Assembly: GCF_011745625.1 (NCBI RefSeq)
Contig: NW_027191455.1
Location: 1,172,645-1,192,644, forward strand
DNA from: Cladosporium halotolerans
Lineage: Eukaryota
Length of the DNA: 20,000 bases
Reading direction: 5' to 3'
Shown: positions 18,658-20,000 of the stretch, piece by piece
Numbering within the stretch: the stretch's first letter is position 1
Layout: each line of letters opens with the position of its first letter
Notes under the pieces: model-generated
Told to the model about the DNA's origin: nothing
What the model saw: only the letters and a program-made list of their open reading frames with translations
Databases searched by the model: none
Position numbers and translations under genes: made by a program

Positions 18658-19913
18658 ATGTGCGGCATCTCCTGCGTGTTTCGGCTAGGGGATCATTCGC
18701 CGAAAGCAACCAACAGCCAGCCAGGTGACTCTACCAACGCCGGCCACCAAGACAGCCAACGCGAAAAGCTCCTTCACGATTTAGACCAGTCTCTCGATAA
18801 GATTAAACACCGTGGGCCTGATGCCCGTGGACACTGGCTCAGCGCAGACAACCGAGTTGGTACTCTGGTACTTCCACTCTACACCTCTCGCACGACTGCT
18901 GCTGACAACACATTGTAGCTCTCGGCCACGTGAGGCTCTCGATCAATGATCTTTCTCCCGACGGTGCTCAGCCCTTCCACTCACCCGATCACAATATCCA
19001 CGCTGTCGTCAATGGAGAGTTCTACGACTACGACCGCATTCGCAAGGAGATCGAAGATACGACTGGGTATGTTTTCAGAAGCCGAAGCGACAGCGAGATC
19101 GTGATCGCGCTCTACATGCACCATGGCCTGAACTTTGTGCACTACCTGCGCGGAGAGTTCGCGGTTGTGCTCTTCGATGAAAAGGCGCAGTTCTTTGTCG
19201 CTGTGCGCGATCGGTACGGCATCAAGCCGCTTTTCTGGACCATTCAAGAAGATCCTGTGACTTTGGAACGCAGGTTGCTTGTAGCTGCGGAGATGAAGGC
19301 GTTCCTTCCACTGGGTTGGACGCCGGAGTGGGATGTGAAGAGCCTCAAGGATGCGGGCTGGAACCATGACGAGCGAACAATCTTCAAGGGCGTGCAAAAG
19401 GTCAGACCTGGGCATTACCTTTCTTGCACGGGTTTCGGTCATGTTGAGCAAAGACAGTACTGGGACATGGAATACCCTGACAAGCGGACGCCTGACCCAC
19501 GGACGCCGGAAGAGATGATTGAGGGCGTGAGGGAGCGGATGTTGGACGCAATCAGGCTACGGCTGAGGGCCGATGTACCAGTCGGCGTGTATCTCTCTGG
19601 CGGTATTGACTCGTCGGTCATTGCAGGCATGGTCACGCATCTGGTCAAAGAACAGGGAATCGCCATGGGTTCAGCGCCGCCCGGTGAGCGAGTCTGCTGT
19701 TTCAGCATCGCTTTCGATGAGGATTCCGGCTTCGATGAGTCTTCAATCGCCAACCGCACTGCCGACTGGCTGGGAGTCAAATACCAGAAGAAGCTCATGA
19801 GCGAGGCGGAGCTAGCCAAGCGCTTTGAGGACGCAACCTGGCACACGGAGCATCACAATCCTGACCTCAACTTTGTCGGCAAGTTTGCGCTTAGCGAAGT
19901 GCATAGATCTTGA
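18658..19913 (+). CDS. asnB: Glutamine-hydrolysing asparagine synthetase-like amidotransferase (AsnB family), 5' part only; frame ends prematurely; exons 18658-18859 and 18919-~19901
   Basis: N-terminal MCGI (Ntn Cys2), HRGPD, LGHVRLSI, NGEFY, SDSE, RDRYGIKPL, and the PP-loop YLSGGIDSS. Homology stops at KFALSEV, before the expected GEG(S/A)DE motif. ~398 aa to the stop. Confidence 0.9.
18860..18918 (+). other. Spliceosomal intron (59 nt) of the AsnB-like gene
   Basis: GTACTC donor, GCTGAC branch point, TAG acceptor; restores NRV-A-LGHVRLSI. Confidence 0.88.
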
Positions 19914-20000
19914 ATCTTGAATATTCAGAATCAGGTGAAGCTCAATCAGGAATCAAATCAGTCAGGTGGGCGCTCAATCAGAAATCAATCAGCAATCAGG
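19902..20000. mobile_element. Start of a repeat-rich insertion, probably a DNA-transposon terminus, inside the AsnB-like gene
   Basis: Abrupt loss of coding character; ATCTTGA x2, six AATCAG copies, and a ~31-nt tandem unit (19931-19961 vs 19962-19992). Runs off the window edge. Confidence 0.55.

Overview
Gene-dense genomic DNA from a filamentous ascomycete (probably a Dothideomycete; inferred from gene content and from 52-59 nt GT-AG introns with CTRAC branch points). Left to right: a ~1.1 kb repeat- and palindrome-rich non-coding block that looks like a mobile-element end; a small F-box-like orphan gene (-); a Zn(II)2Cys6 transcription factor (+) with an (AGC)12 tract upstream; the mitochondrial RNase II/RNB exoribonuclease Cyt-4/Dss1 (-); the molybdopterin synthase small subunit cnxG/MOCS2A (+); an HSL-family alpha/beta hydrolase (+); a dihydroxy-acid dehydratase lacking an obvious mitochondrial presequence (-); an ERD2-like receptor with a long acidic tail (-); a mitochondrial GHITM/BI-1 protein (+); and an AsnB-type amidotransferase (+) cut off at ~19902 by an AATCAG-repeat sequence. 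The best hidden signal is a predicted 195-nt 5'-UTR intron of cnxG containing a box C/D snoRNA whose guide is a perfect 12-nt complement of conserved 18S rRNA. Also notable is a ~700 bp tract of ~96% GC3 inside cyt-4. All calls come from reading the sequence by eye; no searches were run.
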